A stretch of 64,000 bases of DNA from a virus (Duplodnaviria; Caudoviricetes): positions 32,001 to 96,000 of the IMG/VR virus record IMGVR_UViG_3300027782_000030; one strand, written 5' to 3'. Both the position numbers and the translations under genes were made by a program. The notes under the pieces were generated by a model. That model ran no database searches. It was given only the letters and a program-made list of their open reading frames with translations, and was not told the DNA's origin. This document shows, in pieces, positions 56,130 to 64,000 of the stretch (positions within the stretch are counted from its first letter, which is position 1; every line of letters begins with the position of its first letter).

Positions 56130-59100
56130 ATGGAAGACGGATTTAAGCCACAAGGACCAACTAAAGCAAGTAAACCAGACTCTGGTGGAGGTGTAACCAG
56201 AGAAGTCCCTGTACTTGGCGTAGTTAAAAATAATATTGATCCTACTAGGTCCGGTAGACTTCAAGTTTATATCAGTGATTTGGGAGATGACAATCCTGAT
56301 GAATCAGAAAGTTGGGTAACTGTATCTTACATGACTCCATTTTATGGGTTTGTAACACCAAAGGCTGCTACTAAAGGGTTTGGAGATTATACTGCTAATC
56401 CAAGTTCTTATGGAATGTGGTACAGTCCTCCTGATTTAGGAACAACTGTAATTTGTATTTTTATTAATGGTGACCCTAACTATGGGTATTGGATAGGATG
56501 TGTTCCCAAGCCTGAAGCATTGCATATGGTGCCTGCAATTGGTGCAAGCACTAATATTATTGCTAATACAGAAGGTGAAGCAGAAGGGTATGGCGGCGCA
56601 ACTAGATTGCCTGTTACTAATATCAATACCAATAATGAATCAATTTCAGATACCGCAGACTTTTTAACTCAGCCTAAACCAGTACATAGTTACAGTGCTA
56701 TGATTTTAAATCAACAAGGATTGATTAGAGATCCAGTGCGCGGAACTATTAGTAGTAGCGCACAACGGGAAAGTCCAAGTAGAGTTGGTTGGGGAATTAG
56801 TACTCCGGGACGACCTATATATGATGGTGGATATGATGATGCTACTATCGTAGATGCAGCGGTTGGCGAAGTTCCGGATGAGGGATTGGCTGTAATAGCA
56901 AGAAGAGGCGGGCATTCTATTGTATTAGACGATGGTGATATTCTAGGGCAAGATCAACTTGTAAGAATTCGTAGTGCGGCTGGTCATCAAATACTAATGA
57001 GCGATGACGGCCAGACACTTTTTATAATTCATAGTAATGGTCAAAGTTATATTGAGTTAGGCAAAGAGGGTACAATTGATATGTACTCTACTAATAGTGT
57101 CAATATTAGAACTCAGGGCGATCTAAATTTACACGCAGATAACAATATCAACATTAATGCTAAGAAAAAACTAAACATTAAAGCAGAAGATATCAATATT
57201 GAATCTGAGAAGACCACCTCTCAAAAAATAGGCACGAATAATAGTGTCTACACTATGGGCACCTTTACCCATAAAGTAGATGGTGCAATGAGTATGGCAG
57301 CAGGTGGTGAAGGATCATATGCCAGTGGTGGTGTAATGTACGTCAACGGTAGTAAGGTGAATTTAAACACAGGCGCTACATCAACCACACCGCAAGTTGT
57401 TCCTGCAATTTCCGTCTTAGCCCATACTGATACACTATACGATTCATCAAAAGGTTATGCTGCCGCACCAGGTAAATTACAAAGTATTACATCTAGAGCA
57501 CCTGCTCATGCTCCGTGGGCAAATGCAGGACAAGGTGTTGATGTTAAAACTAGCAGTAGCGCAAGTTCAGAATTGCCTCCTGCACCTAGTCCAGCAGTAG
57601 CATCAACTAACGAAGCAGCCTCGGCTGCAACGACTGAAGCACCAGCAACACCGGCAACAATTGCTACAGTGCCACCGGTCGCCGCAGCCAGTGGAGCATT
57701 AGATCCAAATACTACTGGAGCAATGGTTAGTGCTGTAGCAACTACCGTTGCTGCTGGTCCAGCTAGTCGTGCAATACAAGCAGGCGCAGGTGTTGTGTCA
57801 TCTTCACAGGGTCCGGTAGCAGTAGTAGGTTCATTAGCGCAAACTCCGGCACAATTAGAGTCTGCGGGAATACTAAAACCAGGATCGGCAACTTTAGTTA
57901 ATAGTTTAGTACAAGGCGGATCTAATGTACAAGCAGCAATGACTGATAACTTGTTTACCGGTGTGCCTGGCGCAGTAAACTTAAAGTCATTAGTTAATAG
58001 TATTCCAGCTCAGGTAAGTGCTCAGGTTTCTACTTTCCAACAATCACAAACTGCATTAACTAATGCGGGTGTAATTACAGGCAAAGAAAGCCCAGTATCT
58101 ACAGCAGGGTTAATAATGGCCGGCGCTACAGCAGGTGTAGGTGCTACTCTCAATTCAATGAGTTCTTTAGTCAGTACTAGCACAGTAAATTCTATAGGGA
58201 AAACTCTAGGGGCAAGTGCTAATTTATCAAAGGCATTAGGAGCAACAGGTGCCGCAAAATCAATACTTAGCACCTCTAGTGCTATTACTAGTACTCTAAA
58301 AGCAGGTAATTTAGCTGCCGGATTGGCACAAACTGTTTCAGGAGGACTGGGATCAATTTCTCAAGCAACTAAAGCATTAAATCAATTGCAAGGATTAAAC
58401 AGTGCAATACTAGGTGCATCTAGAGGTCCTGCTGCACAAGCGTTTGGCGCAATATTGGGGACGTTCAAACCACTAAAAGCAGGCATTCCACAAAACTTGT
58501 TTAGCATAGCAAGAAATGCATTAAGAACTGCTGACGCAGTTTCTAAAGGTGACATAATTAAATCTGCTACAGGTGCATTGTCAACTATTGGTGCAATCGG
58601 TGGTCCAGGCACTAGTAAAATAACGGGCGCATTGTCTGGTACAGTTAATGCTATTGGTAGACTAACATCCGCTACTACCCCAGCAGCAGCATTCCGAGGT
58701 CTAACAGGGCTTATTGGTGGTATAGGTAGTGTAGGAGCCGCAGTTGGGAACAAAAACGTTTCTCAAATTTCAAAACAAGTTAACTCTGCACTCACCGGCG
58801 CTAATAAGATATTGCAAGCAGGAACACAACTATCAAAGGCTACCGATATAGCCGGTTCTCTTAATGCAACTGCAAATGCGGTGCGTGGTGCAAATCAATT
58901 GACAGCAGCACTAGGTGGAGTATCTGCATTGGCAAGTGGTATATCAAATCTACCCGGTGGGCAAAAAGCTATTTCAAATGTAATAAACAAGTCTCCCAAT
59001 TCAATGACTTCTGCATTGCCGGCAGTCTTGGCGGTTGGAGCATTAGTATCTACTACACTATCTGCTGCAAAAAATAATATTTCCCCCCAGCTAAGTTTAC

Positions 59101-59798
59101 AAGGTGCTACCGCCGGAATACAAGGAATAGCTGGTAGTATAACAGGGGCAATGTCATCTAGCCCAATGGGACAACTAGCCTCTGCGGTAAGCGGATCAGG
59201 AATAACTAGTTTAACAGGTGGAGTTAATAGCATTGCAAGTGCTGCAGGATTATCATTAACTAATGTCTTACCAGGTGGATTAACTGGTGGAATACCTGAT
59301 GTTGCTGGTCAAATTGGCGGGGCATTAAATAAACTCAAATCGGGTACTAGTAGTCTTTCATCATTGGCTCTAAATGGATTGCCTCCTGGCGCTTCGGCTG
59401 AAATAAGCGCAGCAATGTCATCATTAACTTCAATGGGATCTTCTCCTGTTAAACTCCCAACTGTAGCGGCTAATACTTTTGACAGAAGTGAAATTACAGC
59501 ACAAATTAGTTCCTTATTAGGCAATCCAAAAATACCTAAACCAAACTTCACAGGAGAAGTTCCAAGTGCAGCAAAAGCGGCTCTACAAGCAGCGCAAGAA
59601 AAAGTTACAAAATCTACTATAGTAAGTTCGGAAGTAGCTACTCTTTCAATAGATTTAAAATACGCACAATCACAACTTGAAGGAGCCGAACAATCATATC
59701 CTCCAGGTGATCCTGAAATAGAAACTGCTAAAGAAAAGGTATTAGAATTAGTTGCTAAACTTGAAGCTAAGAGCCAAGAGCTATCTTCTCTAACATAA
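56130..59798 (+). CDS. gp5: Baseplate spike protein (gp5/VgrG-like OB fold and beta-helix) with long Ala/Gly/Ser-rich extension
   Basis: DPTRSGRLQV, SYGMW..PPD.G, GHQ.LM.D, HAPW. Confidence 0.8.
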   Translation: MEDGFKPQGPTKASKPDSGGGVTREVPVLGVVKNNIDPTRSGRLQVYISDLGDDNPDESESWVTVSYMTPFYGFVTPKAATKGFGDYTANPSSYGMWYSPPDLGTTVICIFINGDPNYGYWIGCVPKPEALHMVPAIGASTNIIANTEGEAEGYGGATRLPVTNINTNNESISDTADFLTQPKPVHSYSAMILNQQGLIRDPVRGTISSSAQRESPSRVGWGISTPGRPIYDGGYDDATIVDAAVGEVPDEGLAVIARRGGHSIVLDDGDILGQDQLVRIRSAAGHQILMSDDGQTLFIIHSNGQSYIELGKEGTIDMYSTNSVNIRTQGDLNLHADNNININAKKKLNIKAEDINIESEKTTSQKIGTNNSVYTMGTFTHKVDGAMSMAAGGEGSYASGGVMYVNGSKVNLNTGATSTTPQVVPAISVLAHTDTLYDSSKGYAAAPGKLQSITSRAPAHAPWANAGQGVDVKTSSSASSELPPAPSPAVASTNEAASAATTEAPATPATIATVPPVAAASGALDPNTTGAMVSAVATTVAAGPASRAIQAGAGVVSSSQGPVAVVGSLAQTPAQLESAGILKPGSATLVNSLVQGGSNVQAAMTDNLFTGVPGAVNLKSLVNSIPAQVSAQVSTFQQSQTALTNAGVITGKESPVSTAGLIMAGATAGVGATLNSMSSLVSTSTVNSIGKTLGASANLSKALGATGAAKSILSTSSAITSTLKAGNLAAGLAQTVSGGLGSISQATKALNQLQGLNSAILGASRGPAAQAFGAILGTFKPLKAGIPQNLFSIARNALRTADAVSKGDIIKSATGALSTIGAIGGPGTSKITGALSGTVNAIGRLTSATTPAAAFRGLTGLIGGIGSVGAAVGNKNVSQISKQVNSALTGANKILQAGTQLSKATDIAGSLNATANAVRGANQLTAALGGVSALASGISNLPGGQKAISNVINKSPNSMTSALPAVLAVGALVSTTLSAAKNNISPQLSLQGATAGIQGIAGSITGAMSSSPMGQLASAVSGSGITSLTGGVNSIASAAGLSLTNVLPGGLTGGIPDVAGQIGGALNKLKSGTSSLSSLALNGLPPGASAEISAAMSSLTSMGSSPVKLPTVAANTFDRSEITAQISSLLGNPKIPKPNFTGEVPSAAKAALQAAQEKVTKSTIVSSEVATLSIDLKYAQSQLEGAEQSYPPGDPEIETAKEKVLELVAKLEAKSQELSSLT

Positions 59799-59805
59799 AT
59801 ACATT

Positions 59806-60255
59806 ATGCCACAATATATAGGATTCAGCACTCTAGGGGCTAACTTGCCTAAAACTACTAATGCACCAACCGGCAACGATGGTGGTACAGGTAACATCGT
59901 GCGTCAAAATAATGTAGGTAAAAAGTTTAGGTTAGTAGATCAGCCATTAGTAATACAAGACTTTGTAAATGCATTGAATATTAGACAAGGACAAAAAGTA
60001 GGTCAACCCGGGTATGGAACTACTCTTTGGTCATTTATTTTTGAACCTAATACCACTGACACTCAATACCAATTACAAACTGAAGTACAACGGGTAGCCA
60101 GTTTAGATCCTAGATTAATAGTTAACAGTGTTGTGGCATTCCCACAAGAACTTGGTATTCTTATTGAAGTAGAAATAGCCGTAGCCCCATTCAATCAGGC
60201 TCAAGTTCTTAGTTTATTCGTAGATACTAATCTTTCACAGATTTTAGTTCAATAA
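59806..60255 (+). CDS. gp25: Baseplate wedge protein (gp25-like)
   Basis: I.QG.K...P.YGT.LW..IFEP, DPR. Confidence 0.88.
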   Translation: MPQYIGFSTLGANLPKTTNAPTGNDGGTGNIVRQNNVGKKFRLVDQPLVIQDFVNALNIRQGQKVGQPGYGTTLWSFIFEPNTTDTQYQLQTEVQRVASLDPRLIVNSVVAFPQELGILIEVEIAVAPFNQAQVLSLFVDTNLSQILVQ

Positions 60256-60307
60256 TTCTTAAAAACCCAAGGTTTTAGGTATGATAAATACTTAAAAGAG
60301 AAAACAT

Positions 60308-63300
60308 ATGGCTACTAGCTCAAGACAATCAGCATTATTTGGAGTAAATGATTGGCAAGCAATTTACCAAACATTTAGGGAAGCAGACTTTCGTAGCTAT
60401 GACTATGAAACTTTGCGTAAAAGCTTCATTGATTATTTGCGTCTTTACTATCCTGAAACATTCAATGATTACATTGAAAGTTCAGAATTCATTGCTTTAT
60501 TAGATGTTATTGCTTTTATGGGGCAGGGTCTAGCCTTTCGCAACGACTTAAATACCCGCGAAAACTTTATTGATACAGCAGAACGCAGAGATAGCGTCAT
60601 CAAGTTAGCAAACTTAGTTAGCTATAATCCAAAGCGTAATTTAGCTGGACAGGGTTTTCTAAAAGTTATAAGCATACAAACTACACAGAATATTAATGAC
60701 CTTAATGGAATCAATCTAGGAAATCTTCCTATATTATGGAATGACCCTGCTAACCCAAACTGGTTAGAGCAGTTCAATACAATTATAAATGCAGCACTAG
60801 TTAATACTCAAAAAATAGGTCGTCCTGGAAATGTAGCAGACTTGTTAGGTGTTATTACTAGCGAATATGCACTAAAAATTCCTGCCGACACCCTACCAAT
60901 AGTACCGTTCACCAGTACGATTGACGGCATCACTATGAATTTTGAATTGGTAAGCGTTACTAGTGTTGATGAAGATTATGTTTACGAGATACCTCCCGCC
61001 CCTAGTGGTACATTTAACATGGTATATCGTAATGACAAGTTAGGATACGGCAGCCCTAATACAGGGTATTTCTTTTATTTTAAGCAAGGCACCTTGCAAA
61101 ATTATGATTTTGTATTACAACAACAAATCGCTAATCAAGTGGTTAACATTGGCGATATTCAGGGTGTTAATAATACAGACACTTGGTTATACCAATTAAA
61201 TGAAAATAATGGAACAAGATTAGCTTGGAAAAAGGTAGACAATGTATACGCAGATGCATACCTTCAAACTGAAACAAGCCAGAGAAAAATATTTGCGGTA
61301 GCCTCTAGATTTAATGACCAAGTTAGTTATACATTTGGTGATGGTGTATTCAGTCAAATTCCTGTGGGAACTTACAGAGCATATGTTCGTGCAGGCAATG
61401 CCCTAACATATACTATTGATCCAAATGAAATGCAGGGCATTTCAGTTTCACTTAATTATGTTGATAGATTTGGTAAAACACAGATATTAACTGTAGCATT
61501 ATCTTTACCATTGCCGATATCAAACGCTCAGGTTCGTGAGCCAATCGCTCAAATTAAACAACGGGCGCCTAGCCGTTATTATACACAAAACCGTATGGTA
61601 AACGGAGAAGATTATAACAACTTCCCGTATACCTTATATAGTTCTATTATAAAATCTAAGGCTATCAACAGAAGTTCAATTGGTGTAAGTAAAAACTTAG
61701 ACTTGCTTGATCCTACAGGAAAGTATTCTAGTGTTAATTCATTTGCTACAGATGGTGCAATGTGGCAAGATAATACTAATGGATACTTAGCGTTAACAAT
61801 CAATAATACTGGTAATATTATTACCTTCTTAACAGATGCACTTGGCTCAGTGTTGTCAAGTAATAGAACAGTTCAATACTATACACAGAATTATCCACAA
61901 TATAGTATTAATCAAGCATCAGGAGATGGAACTGTATATTGGCAAACTAGTTCAGTAGATGCTAATTCGTTAACTGGATACTTTTATAATATAGTTTCTA
62001 ATACGGATACCCCAATTCCAATTGGTACTTACTCTACTAACAATGTAAAATATGTTACCCCAGGTGCTCTAATTAAATTTGTTGCGCCTGCTGGATATTA
62101 TTTTGATCAAAATAATCGTTTAGTAGCAGGTATCCCAGGACCCAGTGAACAAACTTTTGTATGGACAACTGTACTAAGTGTTATCGGTGATGGATATAAT
62201 AATGGGCAAGGTTCTTTTAGTAATGGATCAGGGCCAGTGACATTGAATGGTTATATTCCAATTGGTGCACAAATAACTACTGTACTACCTGCATTTGACA
62301 ATTCATTATCTAATGCCATTATTCAAGAATGTATTATCAGAATGGAGTTACAACAAAATTTTAGTTTGGTATTTAATAATGCATTAACAATTGCAGAAGA
62401 TCGTTGGAGCATCAGACAATATGATGATGCTAATTATTTTGTGAATTTTTTAAGTTTAGGTAACAATCGTTATACGATAAGCTATAGGTCATTGAAATAT
62501 TATTTTGGTAGTGTGCAAGATACTAGATTTACTTTTGAGCGTGACAAATTAGTTTACGATCCTTTTAGTGGAAAAATCTTACAAGATTACATAAAAGTTT
62601 TAGCAACTAATACTCAGCCAACTAATAATTATCCATTAGCAACAGATATTCAGGTAAGTATTATTGGTCAAACAGTTGAAAGTGATGGATATATAAACGA
62701 TTTTGAAGTTGAAGTTGCTAGCACAGATATTAATAATCGTGGATTAATAATCAATCCTACATTTTTCCAAACAGTCACTGGTTATACTACCGGTGGAGCA
62801 AATACAGGAATTTATGTATTTTTTGAATTAGTAGAAGATGCAATTAATCTTTCTCGTTATCAACTTGTACCTAGCTCAGATGTAGTTCAATATCAAACTA
62901 AAACTCAGATTGAAGTTGTCAAATACGATTATCCATTAGGACAATTGTTCTATGCATACGGAGACAATTTATTCTATACTTCAGTACAAGATACTACAGT
63001 AACAACGCCATACTATATATTAGTTGAACAACCTCAATACTCTATTAAACCAGGTAGACAGGGATTACAATTCCAATACCGTCATAATAGTAATAATACA
63101 ACTCGCATAGATCCTGCTACTACAAACATAATTGATTTGTATGTAGTGCCGCAATCATATTATACTAATTATCAAAAGTATATACAGGATACAACAAATA
63201 CTGTACCTATGCCACCTAAACCAACTATTGGTGAATTGACACAAGATTATGGTCAGGTAAATGATTATAAGATGTTAAGTGATAGTGTAATATTGAATAG

Positions 63301-63679
63301 TGTTATATTTAAACCATTATTTGGGCCCAAAGCGGCTGCAAATCTTAGAGGTACTATTAAAGTTATAAAAAATAATAATGTAAATGCCAGTAATAGTGAA
63401 ATTCGTACGGCAGTTCTTGCTGCTATGAATGTTTATTTTAATATTAATAATTGGAATTTTGGAGATACCTTTTACTTCTCTGAATTAAGTGCATATTTGC
63501 ATGACCAGGTTGGAGAATTAATTAGTTCTGCTGTTCTAGTTCCTAACGATCCTACAATGTCATTTGGCGACCTATATGAAATAAAATGTGCGCCATATGA
63601 GATTTTCGTCAATGCTGCTACCGCTGATGATGTATTGGTAATTGCAGCGCTTACTCCCGCCGAGTTACAAATTAGATAA
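60308..63679 (+). CDS. gp6: Baseplate wedge protein
   Basis: DF.SYD...LR, ENF.DTA.RR.S...LA..V.Y.P, FGDG, QNR.V..EDY. Confidence 0.9.
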   Translation: MATSSRQSALFGVNDWQAIYQTFREADFRSYDYETLRKSFIDYLRLYYPETFNDYIESSEFIALLDVIAFMGQGLAFRNDLNTRENFIDTAERRDSVIKLANLVSYNPKRNLAGQGFLKVISIQTTQNINDLNGINLGNLPILWNDPANPNWLEQFNTIINAALVNTQKIGRPGNVADLLGVITSEYALKIPADTLPIVPFTSTIDGITMNFELVSVTSVDEDYVYEIPPAPSGTFNMVYRNDKLGYGSPNTGYFFYFKQGTLQNYDFVLQQQIANQVVNIGDIQGVNNTDTWLYQLNENNGTRLAWKKVDNVYADAYLQTETSQRKIFAVASRFNDQVSYTFGDGVFSQIPVGTYRAYVRAGNALTYTIDPNEMQGISVSLNYVDRFGKTQILTVALSLPLPISNAQVREPIAQIKQRAPSRYYTQNRMVNGEDYNNFPYTLYSSIIKSKAINRSSIGVSKNLDLLDPTGKYSSVNSFATDGAMWQDNTNGYLALTINNTGNIITFLTDALGSVLSSNRTVQYYTQNYPQYSINQASGDGTVYWQTSSVDANSLTGYFYNIVSNTDTPIPIGTYSTNNVKYVTPGALIKFVAPAGYYFDQNNRLVAGIPGPSEQTFVWTTVLSVIGDGYNNGQGSFSNGSGPVTLNGYIPIGAQITTVLPAFDNSLSNAIIQECIIRMELQQNFSLVFNNALTIAEDRWSIRQYDDANYFVNFLSLGNNRYTISYRSLKYYFGSVQDTRFTFERDKLVYDPFSGKILQDYIKVLATNTQPTNNYPLATDIQVSIIGQTVESDGYINDFEVEVASTDINNRGLIINPTFFQTVTGYTTGGANTGIYVFFELVEDAINLSRYQLVPSSDVVQYQTKTQIEVVKYDYPLGQLFYAYGDNLFYTSVQDTTVTTPYYILVEQPQYSIKPGRQGLQFQYRHNSNNTTRIDPATTNIIDLYVVPQSYYTNYQKYIQDTTNTVPMPPKPTIGELTQDYGQVNDYKMLSDSVILNSVIFKPLFGPKAAANLRGTIKVIKNNNVNASNSEIRTAVLAAMNVYFNINNWNFGDTFYFSELSAYLHDQVGELISSAVLVPNDPTMSFGDLYEIKCAPYEIFVNAATADDVLVIAALTPAELQIR

Positions 63680-63687
63680 GTACTAAT

Positions 63688-64000
63688 ATGGCAACTAGAA
63701 TCCGCACCCTAAATTTTCTACCAGAGATATTTCAAACTCCGACTAACGCTCAATTTTTAGCGGCTAGTTTGGATCAACTAGTAGCACAGCCACTGACTAA
63801 AACAATTCAAGGGTATGTGGGTAGTAGGTTTGGTTACGGGGTTAATGCTAAAGATTATTATGTAACTGAACCAACTAAAGTAAGAACAGATTATCAATTA
63901 GATCCCGGAGTAGTATTTACCAAAACTAATCTATCTACTGCACAAGATTTCATTAGTTACCCAGGTATATTAGATGCTCTTAAACTTGAAGGGGCACTAA
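63688..64000 (+). CDS. 5' part of the next baseplate protein (gp7-like), truncated by the window
   Basis: MATRIRTLNFLPEIFQT... open to window end; TAAGTA 63677-63682 five nt upstream. Confidence 0.7.
   Translation, partial: MATRIRTLNFLPEIFQTPTNAQFLAASLDQLVAQPLTKTIQGYVGSRFGYGVNAKDYYVTEPTKVRTDYQLDPGVVFTKTNLSTAQDFISYPGILDALKLEGAL

Noticed and set aside
1-64000. tRNA, rRNA, integrase or IS elements
   Set aside because: No cloverleaf/T-loop signature, rRNA, recombinase or transposase recognised; a tRNAscan-SE run would confirm
1-64000. Bacterial chromosome with a contractile injection system or T6SS
   Set aside because: Capsid, portal, protease, gp55 and gp46/47 with T4-type late motifs show a lytic T4-like phage; host-like genes are auxiliary

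Overview
This window is part of a large T4-like (Tevenvirinae-type) myophage genome, not a cellular chromosome. The right half holds core morphogenesis and recombination genes: gp23/22/21/20 head genes, a tape-measure-like protein with a GH19 lysozyme domain, gp26 and gp51-like hub genes, an Hjc-like resolvase, gp46/47, the gp55 late sigma factor, and gp48/54-, gp53-, gp27-, gp5-, gp25- and gp6-like baseplate genes. The middle holds nrdAB plus glutaredoxin, PAAR, a Hint-domain protein and a glycosyl/methyltransferase block. The left ~19 kb is accessory: a radical SAM/2OG-Fe(II)-oxygenase cluster, rubrerythrin-rubredoxin, an outer-membrane beta-barrel, a four-gene secreted/membrane module, iscU and a phosphate-starvation island. 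The auxiliary genes look betaproteobacterial (inference). Best leads: (1) a phage-borne mini Pho regulon with pstS, phoX, the plcP-agt phospholipid-to-glycolipid remodelling pair and one unknown gene; (2) its three transcription units share an identical promoter layout, a 22-bp Pho box then exactly 7 nt then the phage late motif TAAATA; (3) a ~500-nt hairpin-dense non-coding region at 46964-47469; (4) many apparently leaderless late genes, with stop codons doubling as promoters; (5) gene cassettes flanked by exact direct repeats; (6) a slippery heptamer at the gp26/gp51-like junction. All product calls come from motif recognition by eye; no database searches were run.
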